Positions 50,275-64,000 of a stretch of 64,000 nt of DNA are shown here, one piece after another. Position numbers and translations under genes: made by a program. Origin of the DNA: Chiloscyllium plagiosum (lineage: Eukaryota); assembly GCF_004010195.1 (NCBI RefSeq), contig NC_057711.1, forward strand, positions 71,524,511 to 71,588,510, written 5' to 3'. Below the pieces are notes generated by a model, which was given only the letters and a program-made list of their open reading frames with translations, was not told the DNA's origin and ran no database searches. Position 1 is the stretch's first letter, and each line of letters opens with the position of its first letter.

Positions 50275-52729
50275 TTTTAAATAAGTCAGTTACTAGACAT
50301 GTTCAATGTGAATGCAATAAACAATGGGATGAATGATATCATGTCAACCATCTTTGATACTGTCGATAAAACTGTTAAATATTATTGAGCGAAGTCATTT
50401 AAGGAAGTTTCTGCCTACTGATGTTTAGGAAATCATTCTGTCCATCTTGGAAAATAAGTATTTTAACTCTTTTCTTTAAAGACACTTCTTTGGTAAAGGA
50501 AAATCAAACTTTACGTCAATGACAGTCTTTAAAACAACAGAAACTTCAATAGCTTTCAATTTTAGTATTATAACTACCTTTACAATGGCAAAGGTTCAAT
50601 AATAACTTTAATCAACAAAGAAGCCAATAAAGTAAGCATAGTACCAGGGAAACAAACACCTTAATAACATTCTTCCAAGTCAAGAAAATAATGAACAGCT
50701 ACAAACACCTATTGGCAATCAAACAATGCAACAAAATGTGCCTACCAGTCTGTCTATCAGAAAAACAGTAAACTTTCAGATTAATTCCATAGATCAAAAA
50801 ATAGGCAACTATAGAAAGCACAGTTGCAAAGATTCCACACTGCTTCTGGATTGGACATCAAAACAAATTCAGAAAAATAAGTTTCTTTACTATGTGGGAT
50901 TACATCAGATCATGTGTTACACAGACAAGTCAATGAGAAATAAATTGCATTTGACAATCTCCCAACAGCTTTTGATCATTATTGCACTTCTAAAACAACA
51001 CTGGAACAGGTGAAATCATGCTTTCACAGTAGATAACAACTTCCTGGAAAGTGTACATAGTTTCATTGATGGCCTGTGTGTACTATCTGAACATTTCTAG
51101 TGGTCTCTTAGGTAAATCCATTACTGAACTTGTTCAATCAAAAGAATTTCTAACTCTAGGACAACCAGTTCAAACTGCAGAGAGTAGATTCTAGAAAAAT
51201 GCTCAAAAAGCATTGTACGGAAAAGCTTTCATTTAATTCATAAAATTTGACAGAGTGTGTTGATTACTCAAAGCACAATAAACCATCTGGCCAGAGGATA
51301 AAAACCTCTCCTTTAAACACTATATTGCAAATGACAACATCAACACTGAATCTTCCAATGGACATTAAATGTGCGCATTAATGCCTTTACTAAGACTTTA
51401 AGGACGCTCCATTTCATTTTCATTCTCACTTGGTGGAAGGCTGCTCAGTACCCAAATGATAATTTCTTGTCACAAGATCTTCCAAAGGGGCATTTTTTAA
51501 TAAAGATTTATTCAAATCAATTAAACGTGAACAACAATTTTTCACAAATGGCATTAATCTTCCTAGCTTTGTCCTTTTCTCTCATTGTTTTGCTTGTCAC
51601 TATAAGTGGACTTGCTTATAACAAGATTCTCACTTCTAATATAAAGCGTTAACATAATTTTTATTATCATATGTCTGGGTAGATGGATTCCATTAATAAA
51701 AAGGAAATGTTTACTATTGGGTCTGGTTACAAAGGTATTATATACACTTACAGAGTAATGAGAAAATCTTTGTTTTCCATAAAATGCACCATACTTCCTG
51801 ACATTTATTTCTAATGTGTTCATATTTCAATTTAAACATAAACTAGCAAATTAATTTTGTTTTACTTGAAATATTGTTCATAACATAACAGATATGTTTT
51901 GGAATTATATGTCATCATTTTCTTGAACGGTACCTTTTTTAATTACATTACAGCCCAATGTCTTTGCTTACTGCATCATTTTGATTGGAATTGCTCAATA
52001 CTGTTTCAGACAGTCTTTAAAAAAATCCTGCTGCTTAATATTAGTTATCCTGCTGTCTATAGTTAGTGGGATTTCCTATTAAATGTCTTCTGCTTTTATT
52101 AAACAAAAGTCATGAAAATCTTTTTGGGTTTGCACAAGATTTAAATGACCATAAATCAGAAATCTTCATCCAAACATTGTTGAACTATGGCAATTACATA
52201 TTCTATACAAAGAATAATCAAACTGATTCAAAATGGGAATCAGTATATGCTGTTATTAGCTCACTGGAATACAATAACCTATTAAATATGATTAGCTTTG
52301 TAATAGATCATCTGTAAACCAGTTTGGGACACAGCAGAATCTTGCTGAACTGCTTCCATTTCACAAAGCATGCACTGAGATTTTATTGGTGGACATATCA
52401 GACATGTTATTAGCCCAGAAGTTCAGTATCCTTTTCATTTGGTGATATTATCAGTCTTCCACAGTCCACTGCAGCTAAAAATTGGAATGAAGTGATTTTG
52501 ATCATTAGATTTCTGCCTCTCCTTCACTGAATCTGTATTTCAGATGGGGTGTTCGGAGTGATCAGAGACAAGTAACACTACTACACCTTCTTCTCGAGCA
52601 ACAATACCTCAGGGCTAAACCTAACTATGGGAAACATAATCACAATTAATACTGGGTCATAAGCCTAATGCTATCTTATAAGAGACCCTAAATTCTTTTA
52701 TAAACAACCTGAATCTGCACCTTAAGCTC

Positions 52730-52852
52730 AATAGCTATGGGCCATATGCTGGAAGGTGGGATTAGAAATGGTATCTGGGAGTCTTTGGGTCAGTATGAAT
52801 AAGATGGGCGGAATGCTCCACCCAAACTCTATAATTTCTATGGTTCTATAAT
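52730..52852 (+). mobile_element. Old CR1 3' tail
   Basis: gctatgggcc..gctgga..tgggattaga...ttctatggttctat. Confidence 0.6.
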
Positions 52853-54179
52853 TCCAGTCATGTAGTAACCATTGCTTTGTAAAACCAGGCTGATCAATGA
52901 GGGATAACACTTTCACCAAATTCTGACATTCACCAAAGTAAGTCATATCAATTTTTCGATAGAACAGCAATTGTTTGCTCCAATATATTGCCAGATTTGC
53001 AGAAGGAGTGTCCCAGTGGGACAGGCCCTAGCGTGAGTGTCCCATTCCAAAATGTGAATAATCCTGTTTCCTGTTTTGGAATGGGTTTATGGTGTGGACA
53101 GACTAACAATTCTACCATATCTTTTACAGTTTAAGATTCATGAAATTTTCAAGACTATTGTATTTAATTTTTCTTTTAAATTGACCTCTTGTCCTAGGGG
53201 TTTATGTGAATGAGATGGTCAGTAATGTCTGAGGCAGGAAAGTGCACAGCACAAAGGGAGTCAATGCATTCACCAGGGATTGTGTCCTGTACAGTGCATC
53301 ATTCTGTGTGTCACCTTGTCTCTTTTTAAAGGGCCTCCATCAATGGGTCCTGCAGACTCTGCCCTCATAGGCTGAGTCAACTACCCACTCATTCTGATTG
53401 TGGCCACTGCCACTTTCTGTTCTGATGTGTTCTTTTGATTTCTAGCGTGATGAAAGATGAAAGAGAATGCTTTTCAGCCAGTGGCTTCCAGACTCTGGAC
53501 ATCCAGACCCTTCCACAAGTTCCAATCCAATCTATCAACATGAGCCTTCATTTACCTACCTTTTGCCCCCAGCCCTTGGCATATGAAGTGGCCATGCCAA
53601 TGTGGTCATACACCGTCTACCACTTAAAGCCACAGTTCTCCTAACTGTGGATGAACCCACATCCTAGATGATGCTTTTTCCCTCTGTACTTTACCGCATA
53701 CTGCCCCTTATACTTATTGTCGCCCCCTTTCTCAATTCTCATTCCCACTTACACCTAGCCTGTAGCCCTCATTCCCAATCATTCGGTTCCTGGCACTTGT
53801 TCCATTGGCCGTGACCCCTCTTGTTCCTCTACAACTCCCTTTACTCTTAGTTTCCATGAAGACATCTGATGGGCTGATCATTTCCTTGAGTGGTTTAAAC
53901 AGTCTTGAATTGATGTACCCAGATCCTTAACTGATGTCTGTCCATCTCCCCCAGTGAGTAAGCAACCAGCCCCTATGGAGCCAAAGAGCTAACTACAATC
54001 CCTTCTCCCCAGACTACAGAGATACAGACCCACGGACCATGAACCACTCTGACTGTACCCCTGACAGTGTCCAAACCTCTGGAAAGGTATCTGCCCTTGA
54101 ATTACTATGCCAGGACTCCCTGACTGATGAGTGCCTCCATGGACTTTAGTGAAGACTACTCCTCTAAGATTTTGAGACA

Positions 54180-54305
54180 ATGAGGGGCTTTTGCCCGAAA
54201 CATCAACTCTCCTGCTCCTGGGATGCTGTCTGACCTGCTGTGCTTTTTCCAGCTCCACAACTTTTGACTCTGACTCTCCAGCATCTGCAGTCTTCATTTT
54301 CTCCT
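54180..54305 (+). mobile_element. Short PLE-derived end, 5'-truncated inside the hammerhead core
   Basis: Begins atga-ggggcttttgccc-gaaac; ends catctgcagtcttcattttctcc. Confidence 0.85.
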
Positions 54306-55199
54306 GCTTGCTGCACATGCAGTGTGAATGTAATATGATGTTGCTGTCACGTTATGAGATTGATATAGCACAATATCAAACAGCGAGATTGACTTAGTAC
54401 GGTTAAGCAGCAAGGCACACTGCCTGGTTGTGTGAATATGCTAAATGGCATGGCATGGTAAGATCATACAAGGCAAGGTATGGATTCTGCAAGCATGCAG
54501 GTAGGCACTAAGTGAGTGAATGCTATGAGAAAAAGAGATCTACCTTAATCCAGTCAGTAAACTGGGTGGCTGTCTGTACACACAAAGTGCCCCTGCAACA
54601 ACCTTTCAATATCAGTGCTTCCCGAACATCCTGCGATTGGATCAGTGTATGCCAATATGGCCATGAGGGCTTGGCTAATGCTCAATGCCAACATCCGAGG
54701 ATGATGGGTATGTACGTCTCTTGCCTGTAGATCATACCTTGTGATGCTGTCCACTGTGAGCAACATGGAGGCTGTTCAGCCAGCAGTGAGTTGAAGCTTC
54801 CAGGTACCTACTCTGAGTTCCACAGTCGACATTTCTCTATCTCTAGCTTGTTTAGCACATTTTTAATGATAGGAATGAAGGAACAGAGAGATTGGAGTGT
54901 GGTTTATTCTGGCATGCTGAAGTAGCCTTGCAAGGATTCAGTGGTGGAATGAGAACAGTATTTGGTGGCTGAACAAAGCTGCTAATTGGTGAGTAGGGTT
55001 GGACAATGCTTCTAGTCTTTAATATATATGCAAATCCTTTTCTCTCTTTTTGCTTAAAAATAACATGTTTAATGCAAAATTGATGCTAATACATTAAAAA
55101 AGGAAAAAAAAATACAATAAAGTGTTCACAATGTGGATTCTTCAAGTGTAAAAAGGAAGGATACAGGAGTCATTTAATTAATAACATACATAAAAAATA

Positions 55200-56870
55200 T
55201 GATAGAGATGGCAGGTGGGTGACGTATTGCAGATGCAGCATCTGGGAGCTGCTGGATACCAAGGTGATCCATAGTGAACAAACTACAGCAACTGTTTGTA
55301 GCTCAATCAGTCTGTAATGAGAGTCATAGAGAGTTGAGGAGCTGGAGTCCAATTTGCAGGCATTGCACTGCGTCAAAGAGAGACAAATTCACTTGAATAT
55401 TCAAGCTTGGTCTGTGATCAAGGATAAGATTGTAGGTGAGACAGCTATGGGGACCCAAGATGGAACTATTGTCTAATAGTTATAAGGTTCTTGCAAGCTA
55501 CATGGATGAGAATGAGGACTGCATGGGGAATGAACAAACTGGACTTTGGAACCAGGGAGGAGGGGAAGCCATTCAAGTGTGGGGAAAAAAACATGAATGT
55601 AGTAGTGGTAGGCAGCAGTATGATTGGTGGACAGATATTATTGAGCATGCATCCCAAAGGCCATGATCCCTGCCTCGTGCCAAGGTTATACCCTCATAGC
55701 TGGAGTGGATCATGGAGAGGCGGGGGAGCGATCCTGTTGTTATCACCCACATTGTTATGAACATCATCAATAGGGCTAGAAAGAAGGTAGTGCTAAAGAA
55801 TATATTGTTATCAGCTAAGTTAAAAAGAAAACATCCACGGTAGTAATCCTAGGATTACTAACTGAGCCAAGAGCAAATTATCAAAGGGTAAATAAAGTCA
55901 AGTGGTTAAAGGCATGGTCTAAGGATTGAAAATGATTGAAAAGAAAATGGGTTTTATTTCATAGGTCACTGATGCCAGTTCTAGAGCAGAAGGGATCTGT
56001 TCTGATGGGATGCACTTTGCTTGAACCAGTATGATAGTAGATCAAATAAATAGGTCTATTAACAGAGCTTAAAGCTAATTAAAAAAAAGGAGTGTTCTGG
56101 AGAAGGATATGTAGGCTTACGAAGGAAAAGAATATGGCAGCATTACAGGACAGCTATTTTGATAATAATATGCAGATTGGGACAGAAAGACACAGTATGT
56201 ACAAGCATAACAGAACAACAGCTACTGTAATCAAAGTGGGGAAAAATGGTAAAAAGGTAAAATTAACAGCTCTTTAATTAAATGCATACATTATTCAGAA
56301 CAAAGTAAATGAGTGAATGGCACAAACAAAAGCTCGTGGGTATGATCTTGTATCCATTATGGAGCTAGGGGCGGCACAGTGGCTCAGTAGTTAGCACTGC
56401 TGCCTCACAACACCAGGGACCTGGTTCAATTCCTGCCTTGGGTGACTGTCTGCGTAGAGTTTGCACATTCTCCCCGTGTCTGTGTGAGTTTCCTCCCACA
56501 ATCAAAAGAAGTGCAGATCATGTGAATTGGCCGTGCTAAATTGCCCATAGTGTTAGGTGTATTAGCCAGGGGTAAATATAGGGTAGGGGAATGGGTCTGG
56601 GCAGAATGCTCTTCCAAGGGTCAGTGTGGACTTGTTGGGTTGAAGGGCCTGTTTCCATACTGTAGGGCTTCTTCTAATTGAATAAGATTACAAGGAGATT
56701 AAAGTTAGGAACCAAATATTCAGGGCTACGTAACATTTTGAAAGGACAGGCCAGAAGAGAAAGGTTGTGGGTTAGTTCTGTTCATTAGCGATAGATTAGG
56801 TGCAATAGCAAGAAATTATTTCGGGATTGGAAGGTGTATAATCTATATGGGTGGAGGTAAGAAAGTCACA
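55200..56870 (+). mobile_element. Old CR1 5' part: ORF1 (Cys motif, coiled coil, SGNH-esterase-like) and start of the ORF2 endonuclease
   Basis: CRCSIWELLD, RVEELES, NVVVVGSSMI (GDS motif position) and LNA.II.NKVNE...GYDLVSI. Confidence 0.7.
56368..56680 (+). mobile_element. HE1-like SINE
   Basis: Full head, core and tail. Confidence 0.93.
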
Positions 56871-56894
56871 ACCTTTTACTGCACCAGCCTATTC

Positions 56895-57748
56895 AAAGAA
56901 CAAAGAACAAAAAGCAATACAAAAACAGACCCTTCGGCCCTTCAAGTCTGCACTGACACATTTTGCCCTTCCATACTAAAACTTTCTGCACTTGCAGGAT
57001 CCATATCTCTCTACTTGGCAGCATGGTGGCTCAGTGGTTTGCACTGCTGCCTCACAGTGCCAGGGCCCCAGGTTTGATGCCAGTCTCAGGTGGAGTTTGC
57101 ACATTCTCCCTGTGTCTGCGTGAATTTCCTCCGGGTACTCCGGTTTCTTCTCAGACTCCAAAGATGTGTAGGTTAGCTGAATTGGCCATGCTAAATTGCC
57201 CAAAGCATTCAGTGATGTGTCGGTTAAGTACATTAGTCGGGAGTAAATGTGCAGTAATAAGGTAGGAGAATTCGTTGGGGTGGGGTGCTCTTTTGATGGT
57301 CGAAGTAGACCAAATGGCCTGTTTCCACACTGCAGGGATTCTATTCTATTCCATTTCCTTCCTATTCATGTATTTGTCCAGGGGTTTCTTGAATGCTACT
57401 ATTATGTCTGCTTCCACCAGCTCCTCTGGCAATGTGTTTCAGGTCCTCACCATCCTTTGTGTGAAAAATGTATCTTGCACATCTCTTTTAAGCATTTCAT
57501 CCCCACACCCCCACTCCACCCCACACATTGAATTTGCATCCCCTCGTAGTTGACCCCTCCATCCTGTGAAAAATGCTCATACTTTCCACTCTACTCATGC
57601 CATTCACAATCTTATAAATGTCTGTCAGGACACCCCTCAACCGCCTGCATTGAAAACAAATCCAGGCTATCCAACCTTTCCTCGCAGCTAAAATTTCTCA
57701 TACCAGGCAACATCCTGGTAAACCTTTTATGTACCCTCTCCAAAGCAA
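56895..57748 (-). mobile_element. CR1 3' end split by a SINE
   Basis: Tail aagaacaaagaacaaa; resumes at ~57350. Confidence 0.8.
57017..57350 (+). mobile_element. HE1-like SINE
   Basis: Head ggcagcatggtggctcagtgg; tail gattctattctatt. Confidence 0.92.
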
Positions 57749-60166
57749 TTCTCGACAATCAAGACTGGGAAAGTCTGATGCCATCCAAAAAATGGTCTGA
57801 CTCAATTTGGAGTTGGATGTTTTCGGGTATTCTTCATGTTCGGGATCCTGGTCATGACCAGAACCTAAGCCTACCAATCAAACTGTCTTTCAGAAGGTAA
57901 ACTTGCTTGATAAATAAAGACACATGCTACAGAATGAAATTGGCAGAGTGTGAGCTAATCTAAATATCCCATCTTTCCAGCTTCCCTCACAAAATGCACC
58001 TCAGTCAAGATCACAGCCAAAATATCACAACATTATTACTCAATAAAGAACAGAAAATCATCTCAGTGTCTTAGCCAATATTCCTTTCTTCGCTAATGGT
58101 ATTTAAAACATAATACATTCACATTCTAGGAATATTCTTTGATGACTCAACAAAATAGATCTCAGTGCCCAAATTACAAAATTCTGCATTGCCACACACT
58201 AAAGTTTAGCTGAAGATAGAAGGCCTTACATAAAGAATGCACATGCCTCATTGGAGCCCCGAAATTAATGCAAGCTAACACAAACACGTTCCATGCCAAA
58301 TTATCATCTCATTTCTCTTTCAACCACTTAAAATGGGTACTATTTTGATTTCTTTCAAGAGGACTTGATTGTTTGGATTCATGAAAGCATAAATGATTGT
58401 TTATTTTTGTACTGTAAATTAAGAAATAAAAATATTCTATTTAAACAGTCACATTAAGACATCTCAAAGCATGTTACATCTTTGATCTCACGCCTTTCGA
58501 CTATCCCTTCAAGCATCAGCCCTCTTTTTGTCCCAGACTATGTTACACATTTCCTCCTCACTTTCCTGGCCATACATGCCCAAAATTCTGTTGCTTGTGA
58601 TGGTCATTGAATATGTTGCTTTATTTCAGGAATGTTTGAAGAGATTAATCTGAACTAAAAATAATATACAAGTTTTTAAGCACACATATAGCCATAAATC
58701 TACACGCGTTAAATATTTTAGAACAAGGGAAGGTATCACAAAATATAGATCATGAACTTAAGTGGAAAATAAATCTTAGGAAAATCAATTCACATATTAG
58801 AAGGAAAAGTTAAAGGGAAATAAAGCAGAATGCCAAGACAGAAAGCGAACCAAAAGCAAGAAATTAAGGAATCATGATAAAAGTTCTTTTAAATATTTTC
58901 CTTAATGTTTTAAAACTTGTCTTCAAATTTTTTTGTATCAGACATCTCATGGGGGATCAAACATAAATAACTTATCAGCCTCAATATATCGTCTTGCAAC
59001 AAACTACTGTCTACGTTCTCTGCTCCAGTTCCTTTGAGGACTGCCAATTTGCAAATATATTTATATTTACAATGCCAATGAGTTAAGCAGATAGAAATTT
59101 AGGCTCAGTCTGTGACAGTTTATTAAAATATTCGATTTGCAAAATATCAACTGAGGCAATTCTGTGGACTGAATAAAATAGAAATTAGTCCCTGTCTCAA
59201 CATGCGAATACATTATGCAAATGAGAGACCACTGAACCATGAAAAATATGACAATCTGTTTCTCTACACAAGTGGTATAAATGGGAGATAATTGTTGGAC
59301 CCAGTAGATGTTCAATGTTTAGTTTACAGTATGGATTTAAATGCAAATAAATACAAATCCCAACCTCTTGACAGGGCCTGACTGCACTCACCTGAAGGAT
59401 GATTTCTTTTGTGTCCTACATCTTGTGCATGTATTAACAAAGAACACATTTTCTGTTCTGCTCCACACAAAACACAGAGAATTTATTTCCTTGGCGAGAG
59501 TAGGTCTAAAATAATTGACGCTAGATGTTAAGACATTTATAGAGTCAGAGAGTCATAGAGATGTACAGCATGGAAACAGACCCTTCAGTCCAACCTGTCC
59601 ACGCCGACCAGATATCCCAACCCAATCTAGTCCACCTGCCAGCACCCGGCCCATATCCCTCCAAACCCTTCCTATTCATACACCCATCCAAATGCCTCTT
59701 AAATGTTGCAATTGTACCAGCCTCCACCACATACTCTAGCAGCTCATTCCATACATGTACCACACTCTGCGTGAAAACTGCGCCCTTAGGTCTCTTTTAT
59801 ATCTTTCCCCTCTCACCCTAAACCTATGCCCTTTAGTTCTGGACTCCCCAACCCCAGGGAAAAAACTTTGTCTATTTATCCTATCCATGCCCCTCATAAT
59901 TTTGTAAACTTCTATAAGGTCACCCCTCAGCCTCCGACACTCCAGGGAAAACAGCCCCAGCCTGTTCAGCCTCTCTCTATAGCTCAAATCCTCCAACCCT
60001 GGCAACATCCTTGTAAATCTTTTCTGAACCCTTTCATGTTTCACAACATCTTTCTGATAGGAAGGAGACCAGAATTGCATGCAATATCCCAACAGTGGCC
60101 TAACCAATGTCTTGTACAGGCGCAACATGACCTCCCAACTCCTGTACTCAATACTCTGACCAATAA

Positions 60167-60378
60167 NNNNNNNNNNNNNNNNNNNNNNNNNNNNNNNNNN
60201 NNNNNNNNNNNNNNNNNNNNNNNNNNNNNNNNNNNNNNNNNNNNNNNNNNNNNNNNNNNNNNNNNNNNNNNNNNNNNNNNNNNNNNNNNNNNNNNNNNNN
60301 NNNNNNNNNNNNNNNNNNNNNNNNNNNNNNNNNNNNNNNNNNNNNNNNNNNNNNNNNNNNNNNNNNNNNNNNNNNNNN
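60167..60378. other. Assembly gap (212 N)
   Basis: Run of N. Confidence 1.
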
Positions 60379-61254
60379 TGAGGGAACTGTTGAAGTCCAC
60401 ATTGATGCCCTGGATTGAAGTGTTCCGAGGCGGAAGATGAGGCGTTCTTCCTCCAGGCGTCTGGTGGTGAGGGAGCAGCGGTGAAGGAGGCCCAGGACCT
60501 CCATGTCCTCGGCAGAGTGGGAGGGAGAGTTGAAATGTTGGGCCACAGGGCGGTGTGGTTGATTGGTGCAAGCGTCCCGGAGATGTTCCCTAAAGCGCTC
60601 TGCTAGGAGGCGCTCAGTATCCACAATGTAGAGGAGACCGCATCGGGAGCAACGGATACAATAAATGATATTGGTGGATGTGTAGGTAAGACTTTGATGG
60701 ATGTGGAAGGCTCCTTTAGGGCCTTGGATGGAGGTGAGGGGGGAGGTGTGGGCACAGGTTTTGCAATTCCTGCCGTGGCAGGGGAAGGTGCCAGGATGGG
60801 AGGGTGGGTTGTAGGGGGGTGTGGACCTGACCAGGTAGTCACGGAGGGAACAGTCTTTGCGGAAGGCGGAAAGGGGTGGGGAGAGGAATATATCCCTGGT
60901 AGTGGTGTCTGTTTGGAGATGGCCGAAATGTTGGCGGATGATTTGGTTTATGCAAAGGTTGGTAGGGTGGAAGGTGAGCACCAGGGGCGTTCTGTCCTTG
61001 TTACGGTTGGAGGGGTAGGGTCTGAGGGTGGAGGTGCGGGATGTGGACGAGATGTGTTGGAGGGCATCTTTAACCACGTGGGAAGGGAAATTGCGGTCTC
61101 TAAAGAAGGAGGCCATCTGGTGTGCTCTGTGGTGGAACTGGTCCTCCTGGGAGCAGATACGGCAGAGGCGGTGGAATTGGGAATACGGGATGGCATTTTT
61201 GCAGGAGGTATGGTCGGAAGAGGTGTAATCCGGGTAGCTGTGGGAGTCGGTGGG
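60379..61254 (-). mobile_element. PLE (Neptune-like): RT thumb, Cys-rich linker and GIY-YIG endonuclease
   Basis: ~275 open codons: PTDSHSY...AIPYSQF..., GTFPCHGRNCKTCAH, IIYCIRCSRCGLLYIVDT..LAERFREH, RRLEEERLIFRLGTL. Confidence 0.95.
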
Positions 61255-61705
61255 CCTCCCTTCCCTTCCTGGACCTCTCCATCTCCATTAATGACGACCG
61301 ACTTGACACTGACATTTTTTACAAACCCACTGACTCCCACAGCTACCTGGATTACACCTCTTCCCACCCCACCTTTTCTACTGGGAACATCTCCGGGACA
61401 CCAGCACCAATCAGCCACACCGCCCTGTGGCCCAACATTTCAACTCCCCCTCCCACTCTGCCGAGGACATGGAGGTCCTGGGCCTCCTTCACCTCCACTC
61501 CCTCACCACCAGACACCTGGCCCCACTCACCTATTGTACTCTATGCTACTTTCTCCCCACCTCCACCCACCTCTCACTTACCTCTCCACCCTTCAGGCTT
61601 TCTGCCTATATTCTTGATGAAGGGCTTTTGCCCAAAATGTCGATTTTACTGCTCCTCGGATCCTGCCTGAACTGCTGTGCTCTTCCAGCACCACTAATCC
61701 AGAAC
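61255..61705 (+). mobile_element. Inverted, doubly deleted second arm of the same PLE, ending in a pLTR with decayed hammerhead
   Basis: SLPFLDLSISI..DIFYKPTDSHSYLDYTSSHP, then EN piece VAQHFNSPSHSAEDM, then the 3' UTR ttgatgaagggcttttgccc-aaaatgtc at 61614-61641. Confidence 0.9.
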
Positions 61706-62995
61706 CTTACCATCAAGTATATAAGTCCTGCTAATTTTTGCTTTCCCAAAATGTAGCATCTCGCATTTTTCTGAATTAAACTCCATCTGCCACTTCTCAA
61801 CCCATTGGTCCATCTGGTCCAGATTTGTTTTAATCTGAGGTAACCCTCTTCGCTGTCCACTACACGTCCAATTTTGGTGTCATCTGCAAACTTACTAACT
61901 GTACCTCTTATGCTTGCATCCAAATCATTTATGTAAATGACAAAAAGGTGGAGGACCCAGCACCGATCCTTGTGGCACTCCACTGGTCACAGGCCTCCAG
62001 TCTGAAAAACAACCCTACACCGCCACCCTCTGTCTTCTACCTTTGAGCCAGTTCTGTATCCAAATGGCTAGCCTTGGAGATCTAGCCTTGCTAATCAGTC
62101 TCCCATGGGGAACCTTGCCAAATTCCTTACTGAAGTCCATATAGATCACACCTACTGCTCTGCCCTCACCAATCTTCTTTGTTACTTATTCAAAAAATTC
62201 AATCAAGTTTGTGAGACATGATTTCCCACGCACAAAACCATGTTGACTAAAAAGGAACCTCTTCACCAATAAGGGGAAGCTACTGGTCTACCATATGTTA
62301 TGCAGTTTTTCTCATGGTATAAAAATCAGCATCAATTTGAGAAATACCCAAAGCAAGACTAAGCAAAATTGAAGCTTGGGCAGCTGAAAGGGAGAGAATG
62401 CATTGCAATATTAACCTGTATTACAACATTACTCTACATCACAATGGTGACTAAACTTCAAAGATACTTAATTGGCTAAGAAGTCCAGTGGTTGCAAATG
62501 CATTTTAAAAATAATTTCATACAATATCAGTTTACTGAAAATGTTAGCAATGATAACATATATTGCTTACTGAGTAGTTCCAAATGAGTTCCATCTATAT
62601 TGGAAACGATTGGTCTGTGTACTTGTTTATTGAATTTGTCAACCAATACACTTCCAAACGTCTTGGCTACAAGTTGCTGTTGCAGAAAAGTAGCTTTGAT
62701 TATGATAAGCCTGCTGCAGTCAAGGACAAAAATTGCCTCAATGCACTGTGAGAAATCATAAACACATTCTCCATTGATTTCCACATGGATTGTTCTGATT
62801 TTCTGGCATAGTTTCAATGCAACATTACTGAAATTCCTACAAAAAAAATCAGAAATTAAAACATTTTTTTTCCAATGTTTCCTTCAATTTCTCAGCTACA
62901 ATGGGAGAGTAAGAGAGTGTGACAAAATGTCCAGAGTTTATCTGGCTGCATTGATATTCTGGTAATTTGGTAATCCTGGATTTAATAACAGGTCA

Positions 62996-63296
62996 TCACA
63001 GAATCCCTACAGTGTGGAAGCAGGCTATTCAGCCCACACAATCCCTCTGAAGGCCATCCCTGAAGATTCATCCACTTACCCTCAGCTTGCATATCCCTGG
63101 ATAAATCCCAGGCAATTTAGCACAGCCAACCCACCAAAACTACACATCTTTGGGCTGTGGGGGGAAGCTGGAGCATCCAGAGGAAACCCAGCCATGAGGA
63201 AAATGTGCAAATTCCACACAGACAGTCACCCAAGGCTGGGATCGAACCCAGGTCCCTGGTGCCGAGAGCTGGCAGTACAAGCCATCATGCTAGCCC
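62996..63296 (-). mobile_element. HE1-like SINE
   Basis: Tail gaatccctacagtgtggaagcagg; V-domain core and head. Confidence 0.9.
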
Positions 63297-64000
63297 TGAA
63301 GTTCTTTCATGAACTTCAGGTATTTTAATCTTGCCTTGTAGATGTTTTCAAGTTTCTCTTCCGTCTTTTCAATTCCAGTAATCACTGCCTAGAACGCTTT
63401 AAACATTCAAAGTATTATGATGTAATAGTAGGCCATTTGGGCCATTTAGGGTAGCAGCATTGAAAGAAATATAATTGATTCATGCCAATGTTGCAAATGA
63501 AAGCAGAGTGCTAGAACTCATCCCTTTTTTGTCAATTATCCAGGTCACTTTCCATGTCTCCAACTGCTGACTGTATTTAAGGTTCATTCTGTCAAAATAA
63601 TATATTCGTCTACTATGATGTTTGGAAAAAAGCGCCATAGCAGCAGTACACCCCTCTCACATGAAGACCTAGAAATGTAATGTTGTGTTCTCAATGCTGA
63701 TGCATGTCAGTTAGTGCAATGATCACAGAATGGTGTGGTCATATTATCTTGGTCAACACTGCAGTTAACATTAATTATCAGTCTATGCTTTCATGATTGA
63801 AATCCGAAATGTATTCATTCAGTAAATCATGGGGCACTTCAAGCACACTGCAGGTCACAGGCCTCTCATAAATAATTTTCAAGTATGAGAATCAAATAGC
63901 ACCACAATTTAAAGAATTTTCCACTTGACTCTGAAAATGAGGCTACATAATATTTCTTTTGAGGTAATCAGATTTTAAAAAGCACTGATTTCACAGAAGA

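Larger units (their letters stand above)
59538..62250 (-). mobile_element. Young CR1/HER1-like LINE interrupted by a gap and a PLE
   Basis: 59538-60166: LYKTLVRPLL..FWSP..RGDLIEVYKIM. 61706-62250: YINDLD..SKFADDTKIG. Confidence 0.93.

Noticed and set aside
60694..61617. 307-aa plus-strand ORF
   Set aside because: Antisense frame of the GC-rich PLE running across the inversion; no independent protein signature.

Overview
Eukaryotic, AT-rich, repeat-dense DNA with two assembly gaps (26931-27430, 60167-60378). HE1/V-SINE-like SINEs sharing their 3' tail with CR1 (HER1-like) LINEs point to a shark or ray genome (inference). I could not recognise any host protein-coding exon, so the window looks intergenic or deep-intronic. 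Nearly all recognisable ORFs are decayed transposon coding sequence: many CR1 copies (EN, RT, esterase ORF1), Penelope-like elements (PLE; RT and GIY-YIG), an RTE LINE, a Rex1/Babar LINE, two Gypsy relics with LTRs, two Tigger-like MITEs, Deu-type SINEs and a probable Harbinger Myb/SANT relic. The most notable signal is about a dozen PLE-derived 3' ends carrying a minimal hammerhead ribozyme motif (CUGANGA, stem II, GAAAC-GUC). Several of them are short stand-alone insertions with 10-15 bp TSDs that are repeatedly truncated or folded back at the ribozyme core. Other oddities are an RTE that captured an inverted copy of its neighbouring DNA, a PLE-RT/CR1 chimera with a 5x tandem head, and a multiply template-switched PLE. 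Boundaries were read by eye and are approximate unless a TSD is given. Family names come from motif recognition, not database searches.
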